A stretch of 64,000 bases of DNA, from positions 2,046,001 through 2,110,000 of the forward strand of contig CM075988.1 of NCBI GenBank assembly GCA_038087875.1, written 5' to 3'. Made by a program: the position numbers and the translations under genes. Below are positions 38,682 through 50,353 of the stretch, piece by piece. The stretch comes from Malacoraja senta. Lineage: Eukaryota. Positions within the stretch are counted from its first letter, which is position 1; each line of letters begins with the position of its first letter. The notes beneath the pieces are model-generated. The model worked only from the letters and a program-made list of their open reading frames with translations, ran no database searches and had not been told where the DNA came from.

Positions 38682-39804
38682 GCCCATAGCCGCCTCACCG
38701 GCACCACCGGGCAGCGAGGGGGGGGAGGGGTGGGAGAGAGGGGGGGGGGGGTGAGGGAGGGGGCTGGGTGAGAGTCAGGGGTGGCGGCTACACTTACTGA
38801 GGGACTGGGTAATGGAGAGAGGGGGGGCACGGCTGATGGGTGAGGGTGCTGGTGTTGGGGTGTGGGGTGCTGGCCACACTTGCTGAGGGGGTATCCCAAT
38901 TTCCTGGGGGATCAGGACATTTGAGGTTGGGTGTGAGAGCCACATGACTGTGTGCTGGTCTGAACTGTTCAACGCTAGTGAGGACTGGGGAGAGGATGGG
39001 AGGACACCACTCATCTGCTGGGTTGGGGAGATAAACAGGACTGCAGCTGGGATGAGTTCTCTCGAGCCTGTAAACTAGGAGACTGATGCGTGAAACGCGC
39101 AGCCACCGCTATGAGGTCCAGGATCCACCGGTAAATGGGAGAACGGTCCTGGAGCCGAGATCTATTTATGAATAGGAGATGGGTCCAGCTGAAGCTGCTT
39201 TAGTGTCCGTGAATGTACTGATATGAAAATATTCCAGCTCCCATTGTCTTCAACTGGAGTCATGTGGCTCCCAATCATCTTGAAACTGTTGCAAATAATC
39301 TACCTGTGGCTGCAAAAAGTTGTAAACGCTGCCCAGGCCATCATCGGCTCTGACCTCCCCACCATAGAAGGGATCTATCGAAGTCGCTGCCTCAAAGGCA
39401 GCCAACATCATCAAAGACCCACACACCATCCTGGCCACACACTCATCTCACCACTGAAGAAGGTAGAAACATAGAAACATAGAAACATAGAAAGTAGGTG
39501 CGAGAGTAGACCACCAGGTCCATCGAGCCCGCACCGCCATTCGCTCATGGCTGAACACTAAACAGACACCCTTACCCACAAACAGTAGACACAAGACACA
39601 GAACACAAGACACTACCCTCCCCTTTATATCGCTATCACCCCTCTCCACCCCAAGAACCACGTGATCTCCTGGGGGAGGCAAAAAACCGGATAAAAACCC
39701 AGGTCCAATTCGGGAAAAAAATCCGGGAAATTCCTCTCCGACCCCAATCCAGGCGATCGACACTTGTCCAGGAGATCACTCAGGTCTTACTATACTAACC
39801 ATAC

Positions 39805-42699
39805 CTAGGTCCATATCCCTGCCCTCTCCCCGTAGCCCCTTTTCCCCTTGGCAGCTAAAAAACCATCTATTTTAGACTTAAATATATTTAATGTTTCTGC
39901 TTCCACTGCTCCCTGGGGCAGTGAATTCCATAAATTAACCACCCTCTGGGTGAAGAAGTTCTTCCTCATCTCAGTTTTAAAAGAGCCCCCTCTTATTCTA
40001 CAACTATGTCCCCTAGTTCTAGTTTCCCCGATCATTGGGAACATCCTCGGTGCATCCACCCGATCAAGGCCCCTCACGATCTTATATGTTTCAATAAGAT
40101 CGCCTCTCATTCTTCTAAACTCCAAAGAGTAGAGTTCCAGCCTACTTAACCTTTCCTCATATGTCAATCCCCTCATTGCAGGAATTAATCTTGTAAACCT
40201 TCGCTGCACTGCCTCCAGGGCCAGTACATCCTTTCTTAAGTATGGACCCCAGAACTGTACACAGTATTCCAAATGTGGTCTCACTAATACTGTGTACAGC
40301 TGCAGCAAGACCTCCGTGTTTTTATACTCAATCCCCCTAGCAATAAAGGCCAAAACTCCATTGGCCTTCCTGATTGCTTGCTGCACCTGCATACTAACTT
40401 TTAGTGATTCATGTACTACTACCCCTAGATCCCTTTGCGTTGCATTACAACGCAGCTCCACCTCATTTAGAAAATAACTTGCCCTATCATGTTTTTTCCC
40501 AAAGTGAATGACTTCACATTTATTAGTATTAAATTTCATCTGCCAAGTTGTTGCCCACTCACCTAGCTTATCTATATCCTTTTGCAGACTCTTCCTATCC
40601 TCCTCATCCCCTACTTTTCCTCCCATTTTTGTATCGTCCGCAAATTTTGATATATTACACTTGGTTCCCTCCTCCAAATCATTTATATAAATTGTGAACA
40701 ACTGGGGTCCCAGCACCGACCCTTGCGGAACCCCGCTAGTTACCGGTTGCCATCCCGAGTATGAACCATTTATCCCCACTCTCTGCTTCCTATTTGTTAG
40801 CCAATCCTCTACCCATGCTAATATATTACCCCCAATCCCATAATTTTTTATTTTTAGCAATAGTCTCTTATGTGGCACCTTGTCAAAAGCCTTTTGGAAG
40901 TCCAAGTATACCACATCCACCGGTTCCCCTTTATCCACCCGGGTTGTTACTTCCTCAAAGAATTCGAGCAGATTCGTTAAACAGGACTTCCCCTTCACAA
41001 AACCATGCTGGTTCTGTCCGATGAAGTCATGTTTATCCAAGTGCCCCGTTAGTGTTTCTTTAATAATTGTCTCTAACATTTTACCCACCACCGATGTTAG
41101 ACTAACCGGTCTATAGTTACCCGCCTTCTGTTTACTTCCTTTTTTAAATATAGGTGTTACATTGGCCATTTTCCAATCCACTGGGACCGTTCCTGCCTCC
41201 AGGGAGTTTTGGAAAATTATCACCAATGCATCCACAATCCCCACCGCTATCTCCCTCAAGACCCTTGGATGTAATCCATCAGGCCCAGGGGATTTATCCT
41301 CCTTCAGTCTCATTAATTTCCCTAATACCACCTCCTTGGTGATCTTAATAGTATTTAGCTCCTCCATTCCTACCGCCCCCTGTTTATCCAGCGTTGGAAT
41401 ATTTTTTGTGTCTTCTATGGTGAAGACTGATACAAAATACTCGTTTAATGCCTTTGCCATTTCCATGTTCCCCACCAACAACTCTCCAGTCTCACCCTCC
41501 AATGGACCAACGTTCACCTTAGCCACCCTTTTTCTTTTTATATAGCTATAAAAACTCTTACTATTAGTTTTTATGTTGTTCGCTAAATTCCTTTCATAGT
41601 CTATTTTCCCCGTCTTAATTAATCTCTTAGTTATTTTTTGCTGACCTTTAAATGCTTCCCAATCCTCTACCCTCCCACTATCTCTAGCTACCTTATATGC
41701 CCTTGCCTTCAACCGAATACTATCCTTTATAGTTTTACTGAGCCATGGCTGACTGTTCTTTCCCTTACCCCTTTTTTTCTTCATAGGAATAAATTTTTCT
41801 TGAAGGTTATACAGTAGATCCTTAAACGTACACCACTGCTCATGTACCGTCTTATTCTTGAGTCTGCTATCCCAGTCAACTTTGATCAGCTCAGTCCTCA
41901 TACCTTCATAATCCCCTTTATTTAGACTAAGTACCCTAGCCTGAGTTTCAACCTGCTCCCCTTCTATTTGAATATGGAATTCGACCATATTGTGGTCACT
42001 TGTTCCCAACGAGTCCCTAACTATGACATTTTTAATTAATCCTGCTTCATTACACAGGACCAGATCCAAGATTGCCTCCCTCCTTGTCGGTTCTGTGACA
42101 TACTGTTCTAGGAACCCGTCTCTAATACATTCTATAAACTCTTCCTCTAGTCTACCCTGCCCAGTTTGGTTTGCCCAATTAATATGAAAATTGAAGTCCC
42201 CCATGATTACAGCAGTTCCCTTTTTACATGCGTCAACTATTTGCAGATTTATGTTCTGACTAACAGCGTCACAGCTATTTGGAGGTCTATAAATTACACC
42301 CACTAGTGTTTTTTTCCCCTTGTTATTCTCTATCTGTACCCAAGCTGTTTCACTATCCTGATCCTTCAACGCAATATCCTTCCTCTCTATTGCCGTTATT
42401 CCCTCCCTTATTAAAAGGGCCACCCCTCCTCCCTTTCTTTCCTGTCTATCTTTTCTAATTGTCGAGTACCCCTCTATATTTAACTCCCAATCCTGATCCC
42501 CTTGCAGCCATGTCTCCGTAATGGCCACGATATCATAACTATATGTACTTAATTGCACCGTTAATTCATTTATCTTATTTCGAATACTCCGTGCATTTAG
42601 ATACAGCACTTTCAGATGATTTTTACTACCCTTCCTTTCTGTTTTTGCCCCTTTTACATCTAGAGCTTTATCTTCACACATTCTGGATCCTCCTGTCAC
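39805..42699 (-). CDS. CR1 ORF2 (APE endonuclease + reverse transcriptase), 964 aa
   Basis: YLNARS, ITETW, MGDFN, SDH, GVPQGSVLGP and FADD motifs with no stops. Confidence 0.95.
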   Translation of the reverse strand: MTGGSRMCEDKALDVKGAKTERKGSKNHLKVLYLNARSIRNKINELTVQLSTYSYDIVAITETWLQGDQDWELNIEGYSTIRKDRQERKGGGVALLIREGITAIERKDIALKDQDSETAWVQIENNKGKKTLVGVIYRPPNSCDAVSQNINLQIVDACKKGTAVIMGDFNFHINWANQTGQGRLEEEFIECIRDGFLEQYVTEPTRREAILDLVLCNEAGLIKNVIVRDSLGTSDHNMVEFHIQIEGEQVETQARVLSLNKGDYEGMRTELIKVDWDSRLKNKTVHEQWCTFKDLLYNLQEKFIPMKKKRGKGKNSQPWLSKTIKDSIRLKARAYKVARDSGRVEDWEAFKGQQKITKRLIKTGKIDYERNLANNIKTNSKSFYSYIKRKRVAKVNVGPLEGETGELLVGNMEMAKALNEYFVSVFTIEDTKNIPTLDKQGAVGMEELNTIKITKEVVLGKLMRLKEDKSPGPDGLHPRVLREIAVGIVDALVIIFQNSLEAGTVPVDWKMANVTPIFKKGSKQKAGNYRPVSLTSVVGKMLETIIKETLTGHLDKHDFIGQNQHGFVKGKSCLTNLLEFFEEVTTRVDKGEPVDVVYLDFQKAFDKVPHKRLLLKIKNYGIGGNILAWVEDWLTNRKQRVGINGSYSGWQPVTSGVPQGSVLGPQLFTIYINDLEEGTKCNISKFADDTKMGGKVGDEEDRKSLQKDIDKLGEWATTWQMKFNTNKCEVIHFGKKHDRASYFLNEVELRCNATQRDLGVVVHESLKVSMQVQQAIRKANGVLAFIARGIEYKNTEVLLQLYTVLVRPHLEYCVQFWGPYLRKDVLALEAVQRRFTRLIPAMRGLTYEERLSRLELYSLEFRRMRGDLIETYKIVRGLDRVDAPRMFPMIGETRTRGHSCRIRGGSFKTEMRKNFFTQRVVNLWNSLPQGAVEAETLNIFKSKIDGFLAAKGKRGYGERAGIWT

Positions 42700-42788
42700 A
42701 TTTTGATTTTCCGTTTCCCCACTGATACCCTGCTCTATTTCCTCTACCCCTGCCGTTATTACCCCCCTTGATACCTCCCCCCCGCTAC

Positions 42789-43742
42789 TTAGTTTAAAGA
42801 CCTCTCTACTGCCCTAGTTATATGATTTGCCAGGACCCCATTCCCAGCACCGTTCAGGTGAAGTCCGTCCTTACAGAACAGATCCCCCCTGTCCCAGTAC
42901 TGGTGCCAGTGGCCCAAGAAACCAAACCCATTTTTCCCACACCAGTCTTTGAGCCACGCATTCAGCTTTTTAATTTTTCGTACCCTCGCCGATTTGGCCC
43001 GTGGCTCAGGTAGCAATCCGGAGATCAGTACCCTCGAGGTTCTGCTTTTTAATTTATTCCCTAACTGCTCAAACTCGTTCAGCAGATCCTCCTTCCTCGT
43101 CCTTCCTATGTCATTGGTCCCCACATGGACCACGACCACTGGATCCTCCCCCTCACTCTGCAAATTTCTCTCCAGCATCGCAGAGATATCCTTAACCCTA
43201 GCACCGGGTAGGCAACACAGCCTTCGGGACATGTTCTGCTGGCCGCAGAGAACCTTATCTACCCCCCGAATAATACTATCCCCTATCACCACGGCATTTC
43301 TTCTAACTTCCCCCTCTTGAATGGCCCCCTGATCCACGGTGCTGCAGCCAGGTTGCTCATCCCTCCCACAGCCCCTGATCCCGTCCTCACATTGAGTAAG
43401 AGCCTCGGTCATGCTCGTCAGGGACAAGGGCTGTGGCTCCTGCCGCATCTCCTCCTGGTTCCCCCTACCTGCCTCGCTTATGGCCACACCTTCCGTTCCC
43501 TGCTCACTAACTACTGAATTAGTTAAACTGGTCGGTGTGACCATCCCCTGGCACAAAACATCCAGGTAATACTCCCCCTCCCTGATGCACCGCAGCGTAT
43601 GAAGTTGGGTCTCCAGCTCATCAATGCGGAGCTCGAGTTCCGCTAGCTTCAAACACTTACTGCAGCTGTAGGGATCATCTACATCAATGGTGTCGACAAT
43701 TTCCCACATCTCACAGTATTGGCACATCTCCTGGCCGCCCAT
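42789..43742 (-). CDS. CR1 ORF1 (zinc finger, leucine zipper, SGNH esterase-like), 317 aa
   Basis: CQYC..CSKC, heptad LAELELRIDELETQL, IGDSII, HVGTND, DGLHLN. Confidence 0.93.
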   Translation of the reverse strand: MGGQEMCQYCEMWEIVDTIDVDDPYSCSKCLKLAELELRIDELETQLHTLRCIREGEYYLDVLCQGMVTPTSLTNSVVSEQGTEGVAISEAGRGNQEEMRQEPQPLSLTSMTEALTQCEDGIRGCGRDEQPGCSTVDQGAIQEGEVRRNAVVIGDSIIRGVDKVLCGQQNMSRRLCCLPGARVKDISAMLERNLQSEGEDPVVVVHVGTNDIGRTRKEDLLNEFEQLGNKLKSRTSRVLISGLLPEPRAKSARVRKIKKLNAWLKDWCGKNGFGFLGHWHQYWDRGDLFCKDGLHLNGAGNGVLANHITRAVERSLN

Positions 43743-44069
43743 CTTATATAAGTAATTAACTGGTCCTATTAAGAATCCCCTACCAGGATTACTGTATTAA
43801 AACACCCCTTATTTATATAATCCTACCTCCTATAAATGGGAAAGTACTTACCCCAGCCGTAAATTACCTACTGGTTTGGCTGTCTAGTGGTAATTCCGTC
43901 CGCTCTTTCTGTCTGGTCCACTGCTCCCTTGCAGTGCGTGGCCTACCTCTTAGCCCCTGTTAGCCTCTCGAGCCGCGGCTCCGTCCTTCCTCCCTCGGCG
44001 ACAACCCTGGGCCGCACCTGTGGCACCTGTGGCACCGCGGTCGTGACGTCCCTTCCGTTCCAACTGCCA

Positions 44070-44172
44070 CTGATTACTCGCTGCACTCTGATTACCTCGC
44101 TACACTCTGATTACCTCGCTGCACTCTGATTGCTGCCTAACAGCGCCTGATTACCTCGCTGCACTCTGATTG
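44070..44172. repeat. ~19-bp tandem repeat in the CR1 5' UTR
   Basis: About five degenerate copies of TGATTACCTCGCTGCACTC. Confidence 0.85.
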
Positions 44173-44322
44173 CCTCAACAGGTACAGGAGCCTGAGAACT
44201 GTAACGTCCAGGTTCAGGAACAGCTGCTTCCCTACAGCCATCAGGCTATTAAACACTACAACCTCATAAGCTATGAACTACGAAAGACTATTATTATTAT
44301 TATTATTATTATTATTACACTG

Positions 44323-45333
44323 TGTAAGTTATTGGGGGCAAATCCTCCAAGATTATGGAAGAACTCGGGGATAAGGACCTGGACATTTTAAAACAGACAT
44401 GCTAGCTGCAAAAGGAAAAAAAAAAACCAAGGGATTACAAGTTCAAAGCCTGTCTGTGGGCCTGGGCAGCCACATGACTATGCGAATGGTGAGAACAGGA
44501 AAGGCCAGGACGGAGATAACGAGATTATCTTGGAAAGACAAAGGAAGGAACCGAGCCCAGCAGACGAGGGTCAATAGCGCAGCAGCAAGACAATCACCAT
44601 CGTAAATGGCCCATCCATTGGGACAATGGGAGCCCATCCAGGTGATTGGATAACGATCAGGCTGAGGCATCGTGACATCAGCAAACCCATTATCATCGGA
44701 AGCCTATTGTTCATGCCAGATCGAAACTGGGAATCATCGAAAGACCCTTTTGTCCAGAGGACCACCTGGGAGGTTTCAAGGGAGAAACTCGGGTATAAAA
44801 GGGACAGGCAAGCAAGAGCTCGCTCTCTTTTCTGCTCTGTTGGACGGCTCCTGACCCTGCATCGATCTAGCTGTAAGCACCCCAGACGACCTGGTGAAGT
44901 TCCGGAAATAGGATAGAGGTTGAGAGAAGAAGGGGCAAGGGGGGGGGGTGCATTTGTAATTAAAATTGTGTAAAGTTAGTTTTTACGACATGCCCGATAA
45001 TTTTCTTTCCATAGTCTTAGTTTAAAGCATAAGTATTATGTAGAGTTGGTGAGATTCGATTTCTCATTTGTTCAATAAAGCCTGTAAATTTTAGACTTGC
45101 TTTGAATCCATCTTGGTTTCTGTTTTCTCTCATCAGCATGCTCTGGTCAAGTCAACCTTTTTTTTTCATATCCCACCATAATTCTGAGGTCTAGAACCCA
45201 GGGGAACCCTTTTTTTTGTATTCTCTCTTGGGAACCGCTCGAGTGGAGTGGTGGCCGTTTGACCCACCAACAAGGGAGAGAATCACTCGGGCAGTTGGGC
45301 CCGAAGTGGAGCAAAGGGAACAAAACCCCCACA
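44323..45333 (+). repeat. 5' LTR (TG...CA, 1011 bp)
   Basis: Direct repeat of 50354-51368; TATAAAA at 44794; AATAAA at 45074. Confidence 0.92.
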
Positions 45334-45336
45334 GAA

Positions 45337-45354
45337 TGGTGACCATGGCAGGAC
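45337..45354 (+). other. Primer-binding site, probably tRNA-Arg
   Basis: TGGTGACCATGGCAGGAC, 3 nt after the LTR end. Confidence 0.65.
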
Positions 45355-45407
45355 CTCGGTGGTTTGGGATATGTGACTTGCCAGAGGGGGTGAGAGAACG
45401 TGGCAAG

Positions 45408-47212
45408 ATGGAGGAGAGAATCTCCTCTTAACTGTTTAAAAAGATCAATCTCACCAAACAATGGGTGGTAGCACTTTTGACAGCACAGCAGCCCGCAGCA
45501 GCTGCAGCAGAATGGATGGAAAGTAAAGGTTATAATAAAGGGCAGGAAAAGGCAGTTTGGCTAGCGCCTATCACAGCAGGTAGCCAAAATGGAGAGACAG
45601 GTAGAGAGTCTAGAAGAGCAACTGAGAAAAGCTAGGGCCAGCGCTGAGGAAAGCGCTAGAGAAGGGGAAGGGCTAATGAGGAACTCAGTGAAGCCAGGCA
45701 GTGTATCTTGCAGGCTAGGGAGTCCCACAGAAATGCCCAGGAATTCCTCCAATGCCAGGCTGTAGAGGCAAAGGAGAGGGAACGGAACGCCCAGGAACTC
45801 CTGGCTCAGAGTACACAGAGGTACAGGGAGCTGGAGGGAAAGTTCCAAGATATCCAACCAGCATACAGGGTGGCCCGTAGCGAGCTAGGGGACTGTGATC
45901 ACGGGCCTTGCCAGGCAAGGGTAGCGCAGCTGGAGGAGACTCTGTCCAAGACTAGGGGACGGGTTCACCTGGTAGGACCAGGGGGGTCCCCCGGAGGCAG
46001 AGGGCTTCCCTCAGCAGATGATTCCCCAAAGGGGAATAGACCGCCTCCTGAGGCGCTGGGAATAGGTCCGGGTCGGCAGGTGGGGTTCGGGTTGTCCGGG
46101 ATGGGACAGGCCCAAGGAGGGGCGGGAGAGCACCCTCAGTTAGCGGCGTCTGCGCCATGTGTAGCACACCATGAGGTGGTGGGGTTACCGATCATGGTGG
46201 GAGAGCAGGGGGTAAAGGGGCAACAGCCCCGGGTAGGGCAGATGTGCCCGGTACGGCAAAGGAAATATGGTCCCCTGGTAGGGCAGGCAGATAGGGTGTC
46301 CATAGAGAGTGATATCATCATTCCCCATGGGGCACACATGCTGAGGGGGATGGTGGCTCACGTTCCCAGGTTAACCAGGGCGGGAGACACGTCATTGCAT
46401 TTTATGGAGGTGCAGCAGGCAGCCGACATAAATGATTGCGATGAGGTAGAACGGGTAAAGCTACTACTGATGACCCTAGATTCCTACCTATGCAAGGCGG
46501 TGACCTCCAGGGAAGGGGGAAGACCTGAAACATGGGTAGCGGCACAGACGGCGGTTCTGGAGGCCACGGGGTTGAATCAGGGTAGTCCTTTCGCCAGGGT
46601 GGGGGAGACGAAGCAGCAGGTAGCTGAGTCCCCGGACATGTTCGCAGACAGACTGTGGGCAGTGTATGAGGGAGCGTGTGGGACGCCTTTAGATAGACAG
46701 AATTTAGATGAGAGAACAGCCCACTGGCTGAAGACTCTGGTAGAGAATTGCCTCCCGCGAGTTAGGGCAAAGGCCGAGCACTGGTTCGACCCAGCGGACC
46801 CAAACCTTAACGAGGCGGAGGTAATAAGGAAGCTCACCCTTGCGTATCGCAATGGGGAGAGAAGTGAGGAGAAGCCCTTTAAGGGCAAGGTGCACAATAT
46901 AGTACCGGCACCCCTCAAAAGGAGGGAGTGGAAACAGGAAGGCAGCCGGACCTCTTCGGAGATGAGGCCGGTGTGATACGGGTGTGGAAGCCCGGGCACT
47001 ACAAGAGGGAGTGCAGAAACCCAAGTAGAGCAGTGGAGGATAGGACCCCGGTAACAGCCGACCCAGCCCCGGAGGAGGGAGCGGCCGTGCCGGGAACAAT
47101 AGATGTAAAAGATCTATTGGCCTATTCGCAGTCAAAGGCGGGAGGGTCCGGACAGGTAGCCATGGCAACAGGCCAGGGAGCGCCTGTATCCGCACCCCCG
47201 GCACCTTTATGA
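45408..47212 (+). pseudogene. gag: ERV gag (frameshifted; coiled coil, capsid-like region, CCHC knuckle)
   Basis: 422-aa ORF 45708-46976; knuckle remnant [C>stop]YGCG/KPGHYKREC; start position uncertain. Confidence 0.8.
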
Positions 47213-48449
47213 CTGGCAGCGAAACAGCCCACATTCATATGCCCGTTAGAATATGGCCCAGGTGGGAGACCCTGGATCAAGATGGAGGTCCAGGATGTGG
47301 TCGGGAGTTACCTGCTGGACACAGGTGCTTCCAGTACCATTGTCCACACGGACAATCCCCGTACATCCCCTCTATCTAGTGGGGCGCCCTATAGTCTTGT
47401 CGGTTTTACGGGAAACGAGAAGACGGGGTTTTTCTCTATTCCCTTGTCCATTCGATTAGGAGCACTCCAGGCGCAGTGGAAGTGCGTCCTGATGAGTTGG
47501 GAGCAGGAGGGAAAGGGGATACTAGGCGCCGACTTTATAGTGGCCCACCAGGTCCTGGTGGACCTGAGGAACCATTGTTTGTGGGACAAAGCAGGAGAAG
47601 GGGCTGAGAGAGAGAAGGAGGTAATGGTCATCGAGAGGGCACCAGAGAGAGGGGCTCTGTGTGTCGTGAAGCCCAGAGAGGGGTACGTTGTAGAGGCCCT
47701 AGTGAGGCAGACCCCGACAGAGTATCGAGGCCATGTTAAGCGAAATTTGGCCGCATTCGCTACTCACAAGCACGACTGTGGAAGGGTCACAGGAGCAGAG
47801 GTCAGGATAGACGGGGATCCCATGTCCCGACCGCAGAAACAGTATAGTTTTCCCCGAGAAGCGGAGGCTGACTTAGAAGTCGCCCTGAGTTCACTGGTTA
47901 AGCAAGGCGTTTTGAGGCCCATAGCCACCCACATGAACTCACCGCTCTGGCCCGTACGGAAGCCAGACAATTCATGGAGGGCCACGGTAGATTATAGGGT
48001 CCTGAATAAGAACATTCCGGCTTGCGCACCAACTGTGGCAGCCGTAGCAGACCTATTAGGGGAAATTCGGGCGCCTGCATCTGTATTTACGGTGCTAGAC
48101 ATCTCGAGCGGTTTCTAGTCTATCCCGGTCAGGAAGGAAGACCAGTACAAATTTGCTTTCACATTCAAGGGGCAGCAGTAAACGTGGAACTGTCTTCCCC
48201 AAGGGTTCCACAATAGCCCCAGCATTTTCCACCAATGTATGGCAGAATGTTTAAAGGAATTCAGTAAGCCCCACAAGATCGTCCAGTATGTGGATGATAT
48301 TTTGCTATTCATGGACACCAGTGAGGAACATGGGCCCCTAGTAAACGAACTGCTGGAGCTGCTCTGTAAGAGCGGTTTAAAAGTAAATCCCAAGAAGGCA
48401 CAGATAGGGTTACAAGAGGTAAAGTTCTTGGGACTGACCCTAAGGGCCG
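47213..48449 (+). pseudogene. pol: ERV pro-pol (protease + RT core; RNase H and integrase absent)
   Basis: YLLDTGASS, ILGADF, NSPLWPVRKPDNSWRATVDYR, LPQGFHNSPSIF, QYVDDILL; two in-frame stops. Confidence 0.9.
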
Positions 48450-50138
48450 GAGAATGGGTTAGCGCTCGTCCCAACCAAGAATGTGCTGTACCAGGCAGTG
48501 CATTACGCTGTGGCCTCAGTAGTATTAAATTTGACTGAAGTGCGATTACCCGCATGGTGCCCCCGCGAGACGGAGTTATTATATCAGGCCCTGTTAAAAG
48601 ACATGTTCCAGAAATTCCACAACCTGGATTTCGGGGACATAGACATAGAAGAGATGTACCGCGGGGGAGGGGATTTCACTATGGGGTCCGGTAGGCAAAG
48701 ACGAGGGGTGGTAGGCAAAGACGAGGGGTGGTTAACGATGGGTTTACAGCATTTAACACGGGGACGTCCATTATTAATAACATGGACAACGTAGAACTGG
48801 CCCTGCAGATCAATCAGTTGAAGGGCCAGTTACGAAAGGTTCTGGGGGAGGAAAATGCGGTGGTAGGATCGGGGCTGCATGAAGAGGTGGCAATGACTAC
48901 ATCTAAAAGAAATCATAGCACAATTGGAGACACATGCAAAAACGATAAACACTGTGATTAAAGAGGACCGGAATGCGTCCGATCAGGCTGCACAGAATGA
49001 GGTGTGTGGGCTGTATGGTGCGTGGTTGTTGGGGGAGGGGAGGAGCAACCTGGAAGACCTGAGGCAAGGTCGGGTCCCCTCCTGGTTAAGCAACCAGCAC
49101 CTAGCTGCGCTACACCCTTATAACAGCACTTTGAGTCCTTGTCAGCTTCGTGTCGCCTCCGAGGCCTACCCGGTACCGGTGGATTGCGGAAAGTCCAATC
49201 ACACCATAATGGGAGTGGTCGTAAGAATCCCGGTGATGGGAACCTCGGCACGACCAGCTCCTCTGTACCGAGTGGAGAACGTGGGAGTTGTTCGTGGGGG
49301 GGTGCATATTCGCTATGGGAAGGTCCCGCCTTATGTCATAGTGAGGGAGCAAGCTGTGACAGGCATTGACCTTTTGGGTTGTCGGAGCCGGGGAGCACAG
49401 GTAATCCTGTGTCCCCAGCACATGGGCGCCGAGGCTAGGCCTCAGTGTGGGTTCAGGACTGTTGGGGCACAGCCTATAAACTGTACCATGGAGGCGATGG
49501 CGTCAGACCATGTCCCTCCACAGGTGGCGTATATAGGCAGTGGGACGTACTGTGTCACCACAAGTGCCCAGCGGTATCAGCATGGATCACAGCTGTGGTG
49601 CCCGATACCACACAGTAGCTTCTGTTTTAAACCCAGGGCAGAAGTCCATGTGGCACAGCAGCGAATATTACCCATCCCGGAACCTTCTTCGGTTCACCTC
49701 TCGGTACGAGAAAATGTAACGTACTTATCTAACTATGTGGCCCATTTCGGGTATGATATTCCCCCAGTGAAGGAAACATTAAAAGAGTTGCTGGCGGCGG
49801 TCGAGTTGTCGCACAAACACTTTTCCCTGGAACAAAAGACACTGGATATCGCCAGGGAGATCGAAGAAATCAAGTCTCCAAGTTGGTGGGACCTGGAGTC
49901 CTGGATCGTAGTTCCAGCATGGGTCCGCATCGTGTCCCATGTTCTGATCATCTGCCAGATGATAATTGTGGTGTATTTGCTATGTATTAATTGCAAATTT
50001 AAAAGGCGGAGGAGGATGACCAAATTACAACAGCTGGTAAATCGAGCCGCCCGACGCAGCTGTAACGACACCTCGACACTATTGCAATGGTTTTCGTACA
50101 TATGTTGTGTTCCCTGCATCTTCAGGGAACGGTCGTGA
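48450..50138 (+). pseudogene. env: ERV env, fusion-glycoprotein-like (5'-deleted, two frameshifts)
   Basis: RQRR then GVVNDGFTAFNTGTSII, heptad repeat, Cys-rich region, second heptad, SWWD, TM VLIICQMIIVVYLLCI, basic KRRRR. Confidence 0.8.
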
Positions 50139-50353
50139 TGGTACTGTATGGTTTGTGGGATTGATTTAAAGTAACAGGTGTATAGTGTAAGTTAATGTGC
50201 TTCGAGGGTCTAGTTTAGCAATTAAGGGGTCTTTCGGGGTACATAATTTCACAATCTCGACAGGGGTGTTTACAACTCTTGAGACTGGAGGAGTTGCCCA
50301 CTAACTTTGTCAATCGATACAGTCTGTGCAAGCCTGGACGTATCGTAGGGGCA

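Larger units (their letters stand above)
38190..38770. promoter_or_regulatory. CpG island over the BARX2 promoter and exon 1
   Basis: Visibly high GC and CpG density compared with the CpG-depleted flanks. Confidence 0.85.
39464..44178 (-). mobile_element. Full-length, apparently intact CR1 LINE inserted in a Rex1-like fragment
   Basis: 5' UTR tandem repeats, open ORF1 and ORF2, (TTCTATGT)n tail; Rex1-like sequence at ~39300-39463 resumes near 44179. Confidence 0.95.

Noticed and set aside
39083..39100. CTGATGCGTGAAACGCGC as a hammerhead core
   Set aside because: It lacks the full CUGANGA, stem II and an NUH triplet
44070..44172. Short repeats as a CRISPR-like array
   Set aside because: Tandem units without unique spacers, inside a eukaryotic LINE 5' UTR
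44399..44916. ORFs duplicated at 50430-50947
   Set aside because: They lie within the LTRs, so the duplication explains them; no recognisable domain
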